64,000 bases of DNA. Origin: Balanoglossus misakiensis. Its lineage: Eukaryota; Animalia; Hemichordata. Shown in pieces: positions 1 to 12,232 of this stretch. Every line of letters starts with the position of its first letter. The stretch's first letter is position 1. The notes under the pieces were generated by a model. That model saw nothing but the letters and a program-made list of their open reading frames with translations, was not told where the DNA came from and did not search any database. The stretch lies in NCBI GenBank assembly GCA_040954595.2, contig CM082579.2:7925625-7989624 (forward strand). Reading direction: 5' to 3'. Both the position numbers and the translations under genes were made by a program.

Positions 1-34
1 AATCCGGATAACAAAGTTCAAAAGTTGCAGACCG

Positions 35-284
<250 letters not shown>

Positions 285-413
285 CTTCTTCACATTTCAA
301 GCCTCAGACAAGATTTTCATCTCATTAAGCTAAAGAAATGACGTACCCTACGTCGACTGACTGGGTGTGTCAGGACCCCAAACAAGTCCCTTCACTTTTA
401 TTTTATTTCACAG

Positions 414-1353
414 GGCGCTGCATCATCCCCTCCTCTATAAGCACGTCCACAAAGTCCATCACGAGTGGATCTCGCCTATTGGTCTGACATGCGTGTACGC
501 CCACCCGATAGAATACGCATTTGCGAACTTGCCCATCGCCATTGTCGGGCCGCTGCTGATGAAATCCCACTTGATCGTTCACTACATATGGTCGGTGCTG
601 GTCATCCACGGTACCAGCATCGGTCACAGCGGATATCACTTCCCCTTCCTGCGCTCGCCGGAGAGTCACGACTACCATCACCTCAAGTGAGTTGAATAAC
701 ACTTGCAAAAAAACCATGCTCTTACCGCTTGCTCCTGACACACTGTGGCTCCAGTTCGCCCAGCGCCTATGCCATGCCTATGGCCGTTAACTTTTGGTCA
801 TTTCTTGGCATTTTCTGTAAAAACTGTAAAATCGAAAGGCCCAGTAATGGCAGTATCTGCTCGGCAATGTTTATTTGTTCGCGGGAAACCAAGTGGTTTT
901 GGAGAATGCATTTTGTTTAAGTATTTTTAAACAATTCTGAAGTTATGAATCGTCGTTATTTTGTACACTGAGAGACTTCATGCAAGTATTCCATTTATTC
1001 TAGATATCACATAAAGGTCACAAAGAGCGACTCTGTCCCTTTAACTGGGACAAGTTGTCCCTGTCCGATGATACCGGCCTCTGGCGCGGCGCCAGCTATT
1101 GGCAGAATGATTATTGGTGTTCACGATTGAATTTCTACAAGTATTAAAGCTAGGTCCGAATAATACACCTCCTCTTCAAATTTTCAACAGATTCAACGTG
1201 AACTACGGAACTATGGGCGTCTTGGATTGGCTGCATGGTACCGACGCCATGTTCAAAAGAAGCGTGCAGTACAAACGCCATCGGACGCTCGTTGGCCTCA
1301 CGCCAATGTCGCAGCAATTCCCAGACGACAAGAAGAAAGTCAAAGACCACTAG
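414..1353 (+). CDS. FAXDC2: Fatty acid hydroxylase domain-containing protein 2-like (sterol desaturase family), paralog A; last two coding exons only
   Basis: Exons 414-686 (cag|G...CTCAA|gtgagt) and 1191-1353 (caacag|A...TAG). Histidine boxes (H)RALHH, HKVHH and HDYHH plus FNVNYGTMGVLDWLHGTD. Same 273-nt exon and phases as the paralog at 49841-50113. Upstream exons lie outside the window. Confidence 0.9.
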
Positions 1354-3589
1354 TCAGGACAGTGGATGTGGTCGCCATGGTTACTGGCGCTACGTGAGAT
1401 TGATACCCATAGACATACTGCAGTATGACTATCCATATGCTAAGATCAGTTTACTGCCTGTCATATGCCAATTCAATGCATACAGATATCAAGTCAAACA
1501 GTTAGAGGTCGAATATCGATAGCGACATGAACTTTCTATATATTAAGTGTCCAAATTTTGAAGTCGCAGCTGCGGCTGTATAAAGCTCCACTATCTGTAA
1601 TTTTGACTATTTTTCCGTTACTATTTGTTTTTGTGGGTTTATCAACCAAGAATTTATCACTTCAGCATGAAAAACAAGGACAAGTCACCCACCTTGCTAA
1701 TTGTCTGGATAACTTCCAAGTAAATTAGCCACATCTTCAATTATCGGGATAAAAATTCTAAAGCAATCCAATGTTATATCTGATGTACTGGCGTTGTGGG
1801 ACTCCGTGTTATCCTGCTACTGGTCGATTTGGTAATTTGCATTTCGCCAAATGGTGTTCCGGCTGGATAATTTTGCCTACTCAGACAACTTTCTGTTTTG
1901 CATTTCTGACATGAAATGGATTTCTGTGAGGATGAAATGTTTTTATATCAATGCATTACTAGTAATTAGTTTTAGATTTACTTCATGCTATTTCGCTGTG
2001 CTTCCGCCGATTCAAAATGGCGGCGTTTGAGTATTAAATGGCTCTGATGAAGTGTCACGGTATTGTGCCTTCCAAGCCCAAACGTACAGAACCTAATACG
2101 CGTTTGATGTTTGTTGGTTCAGATTAAAAACAGCACACAAACGCTGAACCAAATTTTAGATAGATCGCTTGTCACTGATTTCTCAGCGAATGTCGATTCA
2201 GAGAAAATGTCGGAGAACCCCTTTCAGAAAACACTGAACTTGTTGCTGCAGTAGTGATGTAAATTATGGCGCCCTCAGCGACGTACTCCAGAGTTTGCCG
2301 CCTCCCATCGCTTCCTATTGAAATCACTAATTAGGATTAGGAGCTGAGACACTTGGATGCATTGCGGGGGGAGGGGGGAACCTGATTAACTATCAAGTCA
2401 GGTAAAGTTTTATGTTTTAAGTGGCGTTCATACTGTGGTATTGCTATATCTAAATTTTGGAGGACAGGGAATGCAAATTTAGTAATCAATTTACAGGTTT
2501 AGTTTTGGCGACTAGTAGGAAGCAAAGACCAAGGTCTCAGTTGCTATGTCCAAGTACGGGAACAGAATTTAGTTTGCCAAAATGGTGACGATTTATGGCC
2601 GACCTTTGACCTTACCAGTTTCAATTATCTCAACATCAAGGTAGTGTTGGGGTAATAAAATGATACAGACACAAGTATTTCATTTAAATCCAGTTCATTT
2701 AAAATTTTAATTTCAAAGTTTGGAAACCATAAACAAAAGAGTATACATGTATCAATGGAAATGTAAATTATCAAAAGATGTCATGTGGTCACTGCAGACT
2801 GCCAGTAACAGTTACAGCTGCATCGCGGAAAATGGACACTTCGTCCTAAGCTTGGTTGCCGGATACCCATCTGGTCTCTGCATCTGCAAAACAAGCAATA
2901 TATGAATGTCTATAAATATCCTTGGACATGAAACAAAGCACGACCACCACTGTACGCCAATTGTTGTTCATTCGCAGATGGTACATCATGCAAATCTGTA
3001 TGGCTGCCTGGAATTTCACTCTCTATTTGGCAACTTGATAAGATTTTACTGCAACAACGATAGAGATCTACCCATATAAGCTTATAATTGTACTTAGTAA
3101 AACCGACAACTCCTGGACATTGTGAACAAATACACCCCCTACCATGTATTGTCTCCGTCATTGCTTCAATTTTCTTATCCACAACTCTTACCTTCCCATA
3201 ACCATGCAGTAATCTCTGGACATCAATCTCACAGGCTGGCAATCATCTTAGCGTCATCTATTGGATCCCTGGAATAAATGAAAAGTGTGTAAATGGAATG
3301 TCTCCTACAAAGATGGCGGACATGTTTGTGCCAAAACAAAATGGCCACCCCTTGTATGTCATGGTCAGGTCGGTTTTAAAACATTGAATTGACATCCACA
3401 TAATAGTACCGGGTCTATTGTTACATGCAGGTTTGTGCAAAATCAGTTCACTTGACTGGGTAACGGCACCAGTCTGAATCGAAACAAAAAAATCTTCAAA
3501 ATGGCCACCATGAATAGATGGGCTTTGATGTCAATATCGCTTGTCAAACCTTGCTTGAAACCTCTGGTCTCCCGATCAGCCATTGAACA

Positions 3590-3962
3590 TTCTGCCCTTA
3601 CCGCACCCAGCTATACTGCTGCATGGCGAAATTAACTAGTCACTTAGGCCCCAGCTTGGTTAATGAATACCATTTATCAGTTGATCTCGTCTCTGGATCT
3701 GCAAAACAAGGAAATTATAAAGTGAATGTCTAATATTCAGGATCGTTCGGCCATGGAACATACCTGCCCTTGCACCTCACCCAGCTATACCGCTGCATGG
3801 CGGAAAACTCTGGTCTCTGCATCTGCAAAACAAGGAAATTATAAAGTGAATGCCTGCAATATTCATGATCGTTCGGCCATGGAACATACTTGCCCTTGCA
3901 CCTCACCCAGCTACACCGCTGCATGGCGAAAAACTCTGGTCTCTGCATCTGCAAAACAAGCA
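3590..3962. repeat. Tandem duplication of an ~120-bp unit (2 near-identical copies plus a degenerate one; related pieces at ~2870-2905 and ~5130-5185)
   Basis: TCTGCATCTGCAAAACAAG...GATCGTTCGGCCATGGAACATAC...CACCTCACCCAGCTAYACCGCTGCATGGCG repeated; ORF 3726..4031 shows the duplicated peptide. Confidence 0.85.
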
Positions 3963-4170
3963 AATGAAAGTAAATATTTCACCAAAATAACAGTCCTACA
4001 CACACACATGCAGATGATGGGTGCAAAGTGAACCACTCGGGTTATACCAGTATGTTTCGATAACGTTTTATTGATTGCAGTTGTGGTAAACGGGTAAAGA
4101 TTACAAATCTCAACAATAAAAAATGACAGTAAATAACTTATTTTACCATGAAACAGGCTAACGGAGACAT

Positions 4171-5010
4171 ACGTGTACGTTTTTAATATTTATTTTATTG
4201 AAAAATGACGAAAAGATCACAAATCTGACAAAAGCTATATTAACTTCTAGTAAACACGCACTTGCGAAGATGATCGGTACGGAAATAAACCACTCAGTTT
4301 ATCAGTACAACGTGTATGTTTTTAATATTTATTTTATTGAACAATGACGAAACGATCACAAATCTGACAAAACCTATATTAACTTCTGGTAAACACGCAC
4401 TGGCGAAGATGATCGGTACGGAAAAAAAACACTCAGTTTATCAGTACAACGTGTATGTTTTTATTTTTTATTGAAAAATGACGAAAGATCACAAATCTGA
4501 CAAAACCTATGTTAACTACTACGCACGCTCGAAGATGATCGGTACGGAAATAAACCACTCAGTTTATCAGTACAACGTGTATGTTTTTAGTTTTTATTGA
4601 AAAATGACGAAAGATCACAAATCTGACAAAACCTATGTTAACTACTACGCACGCTCGAAGATGATCGGTACGGAAATAAACCACTCAGTTTATCAGTACA
4701 ACGTGTATGTTTTTATTTTTTATTGAAAAATGACGAAATATCACAAATCTGACAAAACCTATGTTAACTACTACGCACGCTCGAAGATGATCGGTACGGA
4801 AATAAACCACTCAGTTTATCTGTACAACGTGCATTTTTTAAATATATTTTTTTTATTGAAAAATGACGAAAGATCACAAATCTGACAAAACCTATATTAA
4901 CTACTACGCACGCTCGAAGATGATCGGTACGGAAATAAACCACTCAGTTTATCAGTACAACGTGCATTTTTTTTTATTGAAAAATGACGAAAGATTACAA
5001 ATCTGAAAAA
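4171..5010. repeat. Minisatellite array, ~126-139-bp unit, about 6.5 copies
   Basis: Unit ACGTGTATG...TTTATTGAAAAATGACGAAAGATCACAAATCTGACAAAACCTAT...GAAGATGATCGGTACGGAAATAAACCACTCAGTTTATCAGTACA starting near 4171, 4310, 4449, 4575, 4701, 4827, 4960. Confidence 0.95.
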
Positions 5011-6399
5011 AACGCGTATTAATTAGATTAAACCAACGGTCTAAGGGATGGGACCCACCCGCACCGGGGATTTTATTTATGTCTATATCACTCACTTGTT
5101 CTGGAACCTCAGATAATCCGCTGGTCTTCATTCAGCCATGGAACATACAAACGCTCACCTCATTGTAGTCTAGATGCATGGCCCAAATATACCGTACAAC
5201 TTACCGTGACACACACGTGCGCACACACACACTCACAACAACGAGCACCTTTCGAAGCATTCAAAGCCGATGAACTTGTTGGTGCCGTAACAAAAATGAC
5301 CCATGCACCGAGCATGTAGTCATGTTGGTTTTAAAACTGTAATGACATCCACATATGGCATCCGTATTGTTGCATTCTTCAGATTTGTGCAAAATCGGTT
5401 CGCTGAACTGGCTACCGGCACCAGTCAGAATCGTTGAAAGTTCTTAAAAATTGCCAAAAAAACTTGGCTGATACCGCTTACTTTGACATCATGCTTGTAA
5501 ACATCATAGCATCCACGTTGAACGTACATCATCAGTTCACCGGGGCCTCCGATCTGCAAAATGAGAAAAAAATGAATGCCTATCCATGAACACGAAACCA
5601 AATATCAACCGTAATCACCGTACGCTAAACTGTTGGTTCATTCGCATATTGTGACATCGTACGAGCCGACAATATACGTTGTAGGGCTTCGCTGACAGAC
5701 AAGTAGCCTAAAACACCAGCATGGCACTATGTACATTTACATATTTTCAAGTTTAGGCCTACAGCCAAGCGGAACATTTTAAACTCCCGACGAGAAAAAA
5801 AGAATATTTTTTGGCAAAGACTGCACGGACAGACAAAAATAACTGTTCCCAATGAAGCGTTTCAAAGCCTATTTTTGTCATTGTCTCGTAGTAAAATACA
5901 AAATTTGCATTCATTTACACCCGAAAACACGCTGACTGCACGTGTACCAGCTGTAGCTGTCAATTCATCGAACCCGCTACCAATTCATCGTACCCCCTTT
6001 CCCTTTCCCGAAAAATTGACTTGTTTTTTTTTATGTAAAAAAACTGCCACCCGCCAGTAGAGCTATAACACCGACCTGTCTTAATTTGATAAACCATACA
6101 TCTCAAGTTGAGTAACGCGAAAGGGTGGAACTTGTGAATTAAAACGCAGCGAAGCGCTGACTCGAGCTGTCTGACTGTGACGCACACAGTTTTTCAATTC
6201 TGTGGCGTAAACGTCTGGCTTTTTAGTTGTCCGTAACTCGCCACAGAATAACACATGTTTCTGTTCAAAAATTGAGTAAATGTGTCTACTTCTGTTTCTT
6301 TACTTACCGCTGTCGTCGTGAAAACTATCCAGCGGAGAAACTCTGTTTTGGGGGCAGAGTTCTCCGCATCTTCTCGTGGTCCGTGCAGCAGCATGGCCG

Positions 6400-6530
6400 T
6401 CTGACTCTCTAATGAAAATGCACGGAAGGCGGAACGGAAATTTCCAAGTGGAGATGGTCCAGGTGGCTTCAACCAATCAGCAGCGAAAACTTTGCTGCAG
6501 TGGGCGTCTCAAGTCACGTCACGTGACCCG
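6400..6530. promoter_or_regulatory. Candidate promoter (ETS, CCAAT and E-box/CLEAR motifs)
   Basis: Three CGGAA cores at 6423-6440, CCAAT ~6473 and GTCACGTGAC 6518-6527, next to a minus-strand GTAAGT donor at 6307. Motif-based inference only. Confidence 0.4.
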
Positions 6531-8049
6531 CATCAAATGTTGACACAGTTACATAACTGTTGAAATTTCGTATGACTTTTTTGTCGTAGTTTGCCAGACA
6601 TCCGAAAAAGTTTACATGCGCTTTGAAATGTTGGAGTAGGGGAAAATCAACTGAATATCATCGTCACCTAAATATCTATTTACAAACAAAGCATTCTGAG
6701 ATGCTAATCAGAACAAAAACATTTTCAAATACACGTATCTGCATTTTTTACTCTTTTTGCCAGGTGGAAAGACCAGACCATGTCATGTATTTCAACTATC
6801 GGGCACGCTTCATTTATAGTGGACGACGAACCGCCCCAAAGACAATTGTCAGCCGCCTATGATCTATCCAATAAACCGAACTTGTGTACATGTACATAAA
6901 TGCACTGATCAGGGTGCAGTTTTCCCAAAGACCGACGGTAGATGGCGCTGTCACTGAAAGACTCGCACGAGTCCAGGGTATGATGGATTTGTGTAGGTGA
7001 CTGCGCGAGCTGTTCTTCATCCCGTGGATGGCACAGTGACGCGACCATAAGGTGATAGGTTACAGTTCGTTCAACTGACGTATAACTTAAAGTTCATACC
7101 CCTAAACGACTTCTGACATCAGCATATGTTTTATACAGAGGGACCCATTGGTCATTCTTCTTGGAAAAATCATGTTTCTTCAGTTGCAATAAGGAAAGCA
7201 AAACTACTTGAAGGCAGAAGCAACCACATTTCAAATATTTCCAAAACTCCCTCCTATGGGCCGATGTATAATTCAAGAACGATCTCAAAACGATCGATCA
7301 CCCCCACCTCACCGCCCCTCTTTGTGGGTACAGTGTGTGTATAAAATGTAGTGTGTAAAGCACGGCCATTCCAGTGAGACTGCGGTGATTTCGCCGTAGA
7401 GGTCGCCCCATACCTTGCCGGTCTCTTGCCTTTGATTTATGGAAACCATGGCAGCAGTTACCGGCGCATAGTTTACATAACGAGTGATCTGCCGTCGCTT
7501 TCCGGTTCGCCTTGTGACTTATGATATTTTAACACCGGTTTGTCTTGTCAGGGTTTGCCTATTTTTAGCCAATGTAGGAAATCATTCGGTCAAATTCGGG
7601 GCGGGCAAACAAACAGAAGTATTCGATTACAAGTAATCTGGAGAACTTTTGGCGATTAATCAATCGTCTACTGCGGTCAGCGCTCATAAATACTAAGTCA
7701 TTACCCATTAGTAAAATGCCACTTGCACACACGTATATATGTGTGTGACATCGTCGATGATAATTGCACGTATTTTGCCCAAATGTCTGTATAAAACTGC
7801 AACTTTATAGCTAGGGACTCGTTGTTTTGTCTTCATCGGGATACATGTAGGTGGTTACAATCGATATTTTTCAAGGCGAAATTCATTGATGGTTAAAAAT
7901 AGCCTTCCTGGCAAGCAACCCCCAAGTCTATTCCGCGAAAAGAAATAAAAGATGATTCACATCGAGGACAACACTCGGTGATACTCTTCCCATCCACGGA
8001 TGTTGTTGCGAATTCCCGTAGAATGCCTGGTGATAGGAAGACAATAATT

Positions 8050-8120
8050 TATACATACATGTACATACATACATAAATACATACATACACACACACACAT
8101 ACATACATACACACACACAT
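8050..8120. repeat. (TACA)n/(CA)n microsatellite
   Basis: Directly visible. Confidence 0.85.
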
Positions 8121-10299
8121 CCGTGCCTTTCCAGCTAAAACCATTTTCCATATTTCACGATTGTGCCCACTGGATTGTGCCCACAGTTTACTACAATCGT
8201 TTCTCGAATGAATTACCCAGTAGAAATTTCACAACCACTGCTCTATAAGAACTTGTTTTTGTCTCGACTTACTGGTTTTGCCATATATGAACAGGAAGTA
8301 GTCGGAAGACAGAGATATAGAGACACTTACAGTTTTTCTTTATCGGTCATTCTTTCCACATTGTTGTCCTCTGACTCAGTTCATTGGACGAAGGCGTCCG
8401 CGTCCGTTCACTCATTCTTTCCTACACGAGAAATTGAACGGGTGGATGAAAATGGGCGGACATTGTACCAGAAGTCGTCCGGGAGTTTAAGTTGGGGCGT
8501 GTTGAATTTTATCATTACCGGGTAGAGTTACAACTCTAGACACACGTAGCAACTAGTGACATCGCCCCAATATCTCAGAGCGCTGTTGATTCAAACACCA
8601 TGATCAAAACAATTGGAAGATTAACATGAAATCTGTTGGCTGGATGGGGCCCTGTTCGAGCTCAGTGATTTTAACCAAATTGCTCCAATGAGGCGTGTAC
8701 TTCGAGTACTTTTACATGTGCGATGGATGCGTAGAAAATTGTCAGCTTTTATCTGAATCACTCTCTTCAGAGAATTTTCTGTTATTTATTGCATGTAGTG
8801 CATCGAAGACAAATTAAAGTTTAGGGGAACATTGAAATGAAATAATAATTTTATTCAAAGGTAGCGATATAAGCTAGCGCCAAGTAACCATACTGTTACC
8901 ATTTTAGTGCAGTTGGTTACCACGGTAACCAAGTCTTGTATTCCGTCCCATTAAACATTGAGATCTTGGCGTGTCTCGTGGACTTCGGAAAATGGTATAC
9001 TAGTATTTAAGAACTGCGTGTTTTTTTTTCGTAGATCCACGGGCAGTCGAGTGACACTAATTTCATGTAACACCAGGATAACCCCCAAGTTGTCAAAGTG
9101 CAGTTGTAAAGTAAACAAACTTCCTTGTTCTGCGTTTCTCGCGAATCTGGCTACGCTAAAATTTCGAGTCAGTTAAAAAAAACGGGGACTGGGTTTCGCA
9201 TTATAGTATCGTGATAGCGGAGAGCAACATTTCCGTGATCCATCAGACCAAATCCCTCTGACCTGCTCAAGTCTCAACTGAAAACCCTTCAAGGGTTATA
9301 CTGGAAACGAGGAGGAGAAAATCCACTTTATTTTGATTATGCTATGAAAGGAGCGAGAGACCGCGCAACTTTCAAAGTGTGTACGTACATGTACACAGAA
9401 AAAATTCCGAAACAATATCAAAATTATCGGGTTTCGTTTGGTGGTGTCCTGTCGTGATAAGCTGGACGTGGGGTAACATCACTCCACCGACTCGTCACGT
9501 CAACCATCCCGAGTCGTTTCGATCACGTACGCGTGTATATACCTGGGCGGTATTCTGAACAGCCAGAGAGCAGTGTGAAGTCACGGACAAACCTTGATAT
9601 CAAGGTCACGCCCGACGTTACGAGCTGCGCGTCACGGTTAAAAATAATGACAAGAATACTTCAACAATCTCAAGGTATTTCCTAATCTACCCCGTGACGT
9701 AACAAGGAAACTGGGGATATGTTTATCAATTCCCTAAAATGCGCATTTACATGTGTTTACTACATGAACGTGACTCCCAATGGGTATTAAAATGTACGCA
9801 AATTTTCTGACCGGTATAATTAATTTCGCTCCTTTATTATCACGTATGCAGTCTGACATTTAAATACATCAACACCTTTTTTGCGAAAACAAGATTTTGT
9901 CTTCAAAAGAACCATCACGTTTACACTTTGGTTTTGTGGTAGTCACTGTCATTGATTGGAGACAGCGGTTGAATATGACACTATTCAATACGAACAACAT
10001 GAATATTGAAATTCATAACGGTATGTAAATACAATCACGCTTACACACACCGAGGTCCCAGGGTGTTCGAGAGGAACCCCTTGACTTGACGATGCGTGTA
10101 AGAGATCTGCCAAATCGACACTGTCCAACGCTGTGTGAGCGTCGCATAACGCGTTCGTCGGCCAGCTATCTAAAATTAAGAAAATACCGGGGAAAACGCC
10201 CCTTTGTGGAATTTTGCTGCTGCTCACAGTCTTGTAAAATATTTGTCAGTCGATTTCCATCGAGCCATTAATCATTAAAGCAGCTAAAGGTTTCCCTGA

Positions 10300-10800
10300 C
10301 CGTTTCCAAGGCGACGGGGAGGCGCACTGTGACGTTTGAGCAGACAAAACTTCATCGGAGTATAGGCGAAATGGTGTGACGTCACCGGCTTCCGCTGACG
10401 TACGAAAAAAAAGGCGGCACTAGTTCAAATATGGGCACAAGCGTCTGCAAGTGTACACCGGCTTCACTCATGCAAATATGAAATAAGTTAAATTTTAATA
10501 AAGTCAAAAGGACGGGAACAACCCAGTTTTTTGGGAGGTTTTCTTGACCGGGCCGAGCCGGGCTGACCTGACACATCACGTGTCTTCAATCTTATCACAT
10601 TCATAGGCTGATAGCCCGCAGTCTGCTGTGGAGTACATATCAAGTGGGCCACTCTCTGCTCGCGTGCAAAAAACACTAACTCTAAATTAGGCCAGCTAAT
10701 CCCCAAATCTTCTTTGTGTAGGAGAATTGTCCGTCGGTGTCTAACTGGCCGTTTACGGTCCGCTCGTGGCGCGCGCGGCGGCCGACGGAACGCCATACAC
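10300..10800. promoter_or_regulatory. CpG-rich candidate promoter of the Mastermind-like gene
   Basis: Full CRE TGACGTCA 10377-10384, TGACGT half-sites ~10330 and ~10396, octamer ATGCAAAT ~10469, CACGTG ~10577 and GC-rich 10755-10800, 1.1-1.6 kb upstream of the ATG. The TSS cannot be fixed from sequence. Confidence 0.45.
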
Positions 10801-11923
10801 CAGCGAAGGGAACGTGCGGTGTATGGCGTTTTTTTGAAGGTCGCCGAGGTCAGTTTCAGGCAAACAACAGAGTGATGTGTTCTCGCAAGGGCTCACATGG
10901 ATTTCACTCTGTGTTACAATCACGACGGCATTTATTGTTAATTATTTTCCAAGCCGTGTACGTGCAGCCGTGCTGGTTTCACTGCACCCAACACCCCCTC
11001 GGCTCGGTTTCCCTGTTTATTGCCCACCTTACGCTTCACATCAAAATAAACCCGAGACAGAACAAAATGCAGGTTACAATAAAAAATGTGAAATTGTGTC
11101 CCTGCAGAATATCTATCCTAGGAAAAGCGCGTTCGTCGTAATATTCGTTCAGGTCCTTGCTGTCCGACGTACACAAGTTAATGTTCTGTGTAATTTCGAA
11201 AAGTCATTGTTCATGAAATCGCTTGTAGGCGTGAATCTGTTGTAATGCCATACGGTAACACTTTACAACTGAAGGGGCGTCAGTCATTTTTTAGGAGGGG
11301 TACACTGTTGTCCGCAATCCGTAATACAACATAAAAGTCAATATATGAAGATTAAACAATGAGTGTTATCATTTTCAAATTCGTGCAGTTGTCGTTTTTT
11401 ACCGATATTATCTTAAATACTTTATTATTGGGTTATCCGCCAAAGGACCTCCCTTAATATGAATGGTTTAGTCCGGTATAGGGTTTCTTCAATGGCTTGA
11501 TTTGGAACATCACTGTTTATATTGTGTTCTCTGAAATAATTATTGCAAGCCTCCATAGCTTTTGCAGTCGGGTCGACAGTTGACAGGCCTCGGCAAAATA
11601 AGCGCCGTTTTGGGCGACAGTTTACGCGACACTATAGGCGCGTGACGTCCGCGGAGGAAAAAGTTTTTGTTTGTTAACAGCGGATGTTGGATGTAAATAG
11701 CGAGACAGAGAATGCGTGACCGGGTCGTCTAGTTTATGCATATTAAGCAACGCAGCGAGAAGTCATTGTGTGAACGGCTAGTCACTGGGACAGTGTAGTA
11801 GTACTAATCACAGCCGTTGACATCCCCCGTCGCACATTCCAGGCGATTTCGTCCGTCTCTCCCTCCCCAGTCGCGGGGCTTCGGCCGTCAAACGAAATCA
11901 ACATAGTCGTACTCGGGGATAGT

Positions 11924-12232
11924 ATGGGGGATTACGTGTCCCCCAAACGTAGAGCGATCGTGGACCGTCTTCGAAAGCGGATCGAGTTATGCAGAAGACA
12001 CCACAACATTTGCCAGGCTCGCTATGATCGCACTCAGTCCAGTCGGTTCGACCAAGAAGCCCACGAAACCTTCCTGCTCCACCAGCGGGTCTTGGACTCT
12101 CGGGCCAAGAAGCAAAACAAAGGACTGAAACAAGAAGGCGGGCAGCACAAGGGGAACTCGCGATGCGACGGCAGCAACTCTGCTGGCACGGGAAACGAAG
12201 CCAACAATCACTTACGGAATCAACTGCTGACG
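11924..12232 (+). CDS. MAML: Mastermind-like coding exon 1 (N-terminal basic domain)
   Basis: ATG in AGTATGG context; 103 codons; strong GTAAGC donor at 12233. Confidence 0.92.

Noticed and set aside
2040-2150. Possible C/D-box snoRNA (TGATGA...CTGA) near a YY1-like AAAATGGCGGC motif
   Set aside because: No terminal stem or recognisable rRNA guide sequence.
4171-5010. Regularly spaced repeats resembling a CRISPR array (also 22749-22927)
   Set aside because: Whole units are repeated with no unique spacers, there are no cas genes, and the context is eukaryotic.
10737-11245. Overlapping 122-134-aa ORFs upstream of MAML as a separate gene or uORFs
   Set aside because: No recognisable homology or codon bias, and the TSS is unknown so uORF status cannot be supported.
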